Assembly: GCA_963747235.1 (NCBI GenBank)
Contig: CAVVEU010000013.1
Coordinates: forward strand, 288,001 to 352,000
DNA length: 64,000 nucleotides
Reading direction: 5' to 3'
From: an uncultured Candidatus Rokubacteria bacterium
Lineage (GTDB): Bacteria; Methylomirabilota; Methylomirabilia; Rokubacteriales; CSP1-6
Shown: positions 63,690-64,000 of the stretch, piece by piece
How the letters are laid out: every line of letters begins with the position of its first letter
How positions within the stretch are numbered: position 1 is the stretch's first letter
Notes under the pieces: generated by a model
What the model was told of the DNA's origin: nothing
What the model saw: only the letters and a program-made list of their open reading frames with translations
The model's database searches: none
Position numbers and translations under genes: made by a program

Positions 63690-64000
63690 ATGCGGAGTGG
63701 CAAGGGGTGGACAATCAAGTTGATGGTCCTCGCGCTGTTGGTGGTGCTCGGCGTGGCCGGCGGGGTGCTCGCGCAGGACAAGCCGGCCGAGAAGCCAGCG
63801 GAAGCCGCTGCGAAGCCCGCGGAGGATCCGCTCAAGATCCTCGCCGGCAAGGCGGACGACCTGAAGGTCGCGCTGGACACCGTCTGGGTGATGGCGACGG
63901 CGTTCCTGGTGTTCTTCATGAACCTCGGGTTCGCGACCGTGGAGTCGGGGTTCTGCCGGGCCAAGAACACGGTGGCCATCCTGGCCAAGAACTTCATCGT
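63690..64000 (+). CDS. second ammonium transporter (5' part, runs off window)
   Basis: Manual translation: signal peptide then LDTVWV..TAFLVFFMNLGFA.VESGFCRAKNTV.IL.KN; AAGGAG RBS. Confidence 0.88.
   Translation, partial: MRSGKGWTIKLMVLALLVVLGVAGGVLAQDKPAEKPAEAAAKPAEDPLKILAGKADDLKVALDTVWVMATAFLVFFMNLGFATVESGFCRAKNTVAILAKNFI

Overview
High-GC (roughly 70%) bacterial chromosomal window of about 65 genes plus tRNA-Gly(CCC); no phage, IS, rRNA or CRISPR seen. Gene content and style resemble Candidatus Rokubacteria/Methylomirabilota, but this is an inference. Many conserved genes carry single-base frameshifts, most likely long-read consensus errors. Main content: GTP-PEPCK, bactofilin/M23/MscS, a GH63-like glucosidase with rpiA-pgl, a TPR/beta-barrel protein facing two large FecR-domain exoproteins, a Tat-family gene next to lexA, c-di-GMP enzymes, a KaiC-like operon, a metal porin/SBP unit, thiolase/DUF35, tusA-iscS-like-HAD, an F420 biosynthesis/utilisation cluster, and an ntrC-like-glnK-amtB-glnA-amt nitrogen cluster. 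Seven sigma54 -24/-12 motifs were found by eye. Best leads: (1) an OsmC-like protein split by an in-frame UGA at the catalytic Cys position with a SECIS-like hairpin (hidden selenoprotein); (2) a signal-peptide/CxxxC/RAPP leader ORF upstream of a metal porin-SBP operon (candidate metal-sensing ribosome-arrest peptide); (3) a Slam-like TPR-barrel with paired FecR/beta-helix exoproteins (candidate secretion/surface system); (4) an IscS homologue lacking the PLP Schiff-base lysine, paired with TusA; (5) a TatA/B protein fused to an Ada-type Zn-binding domain.
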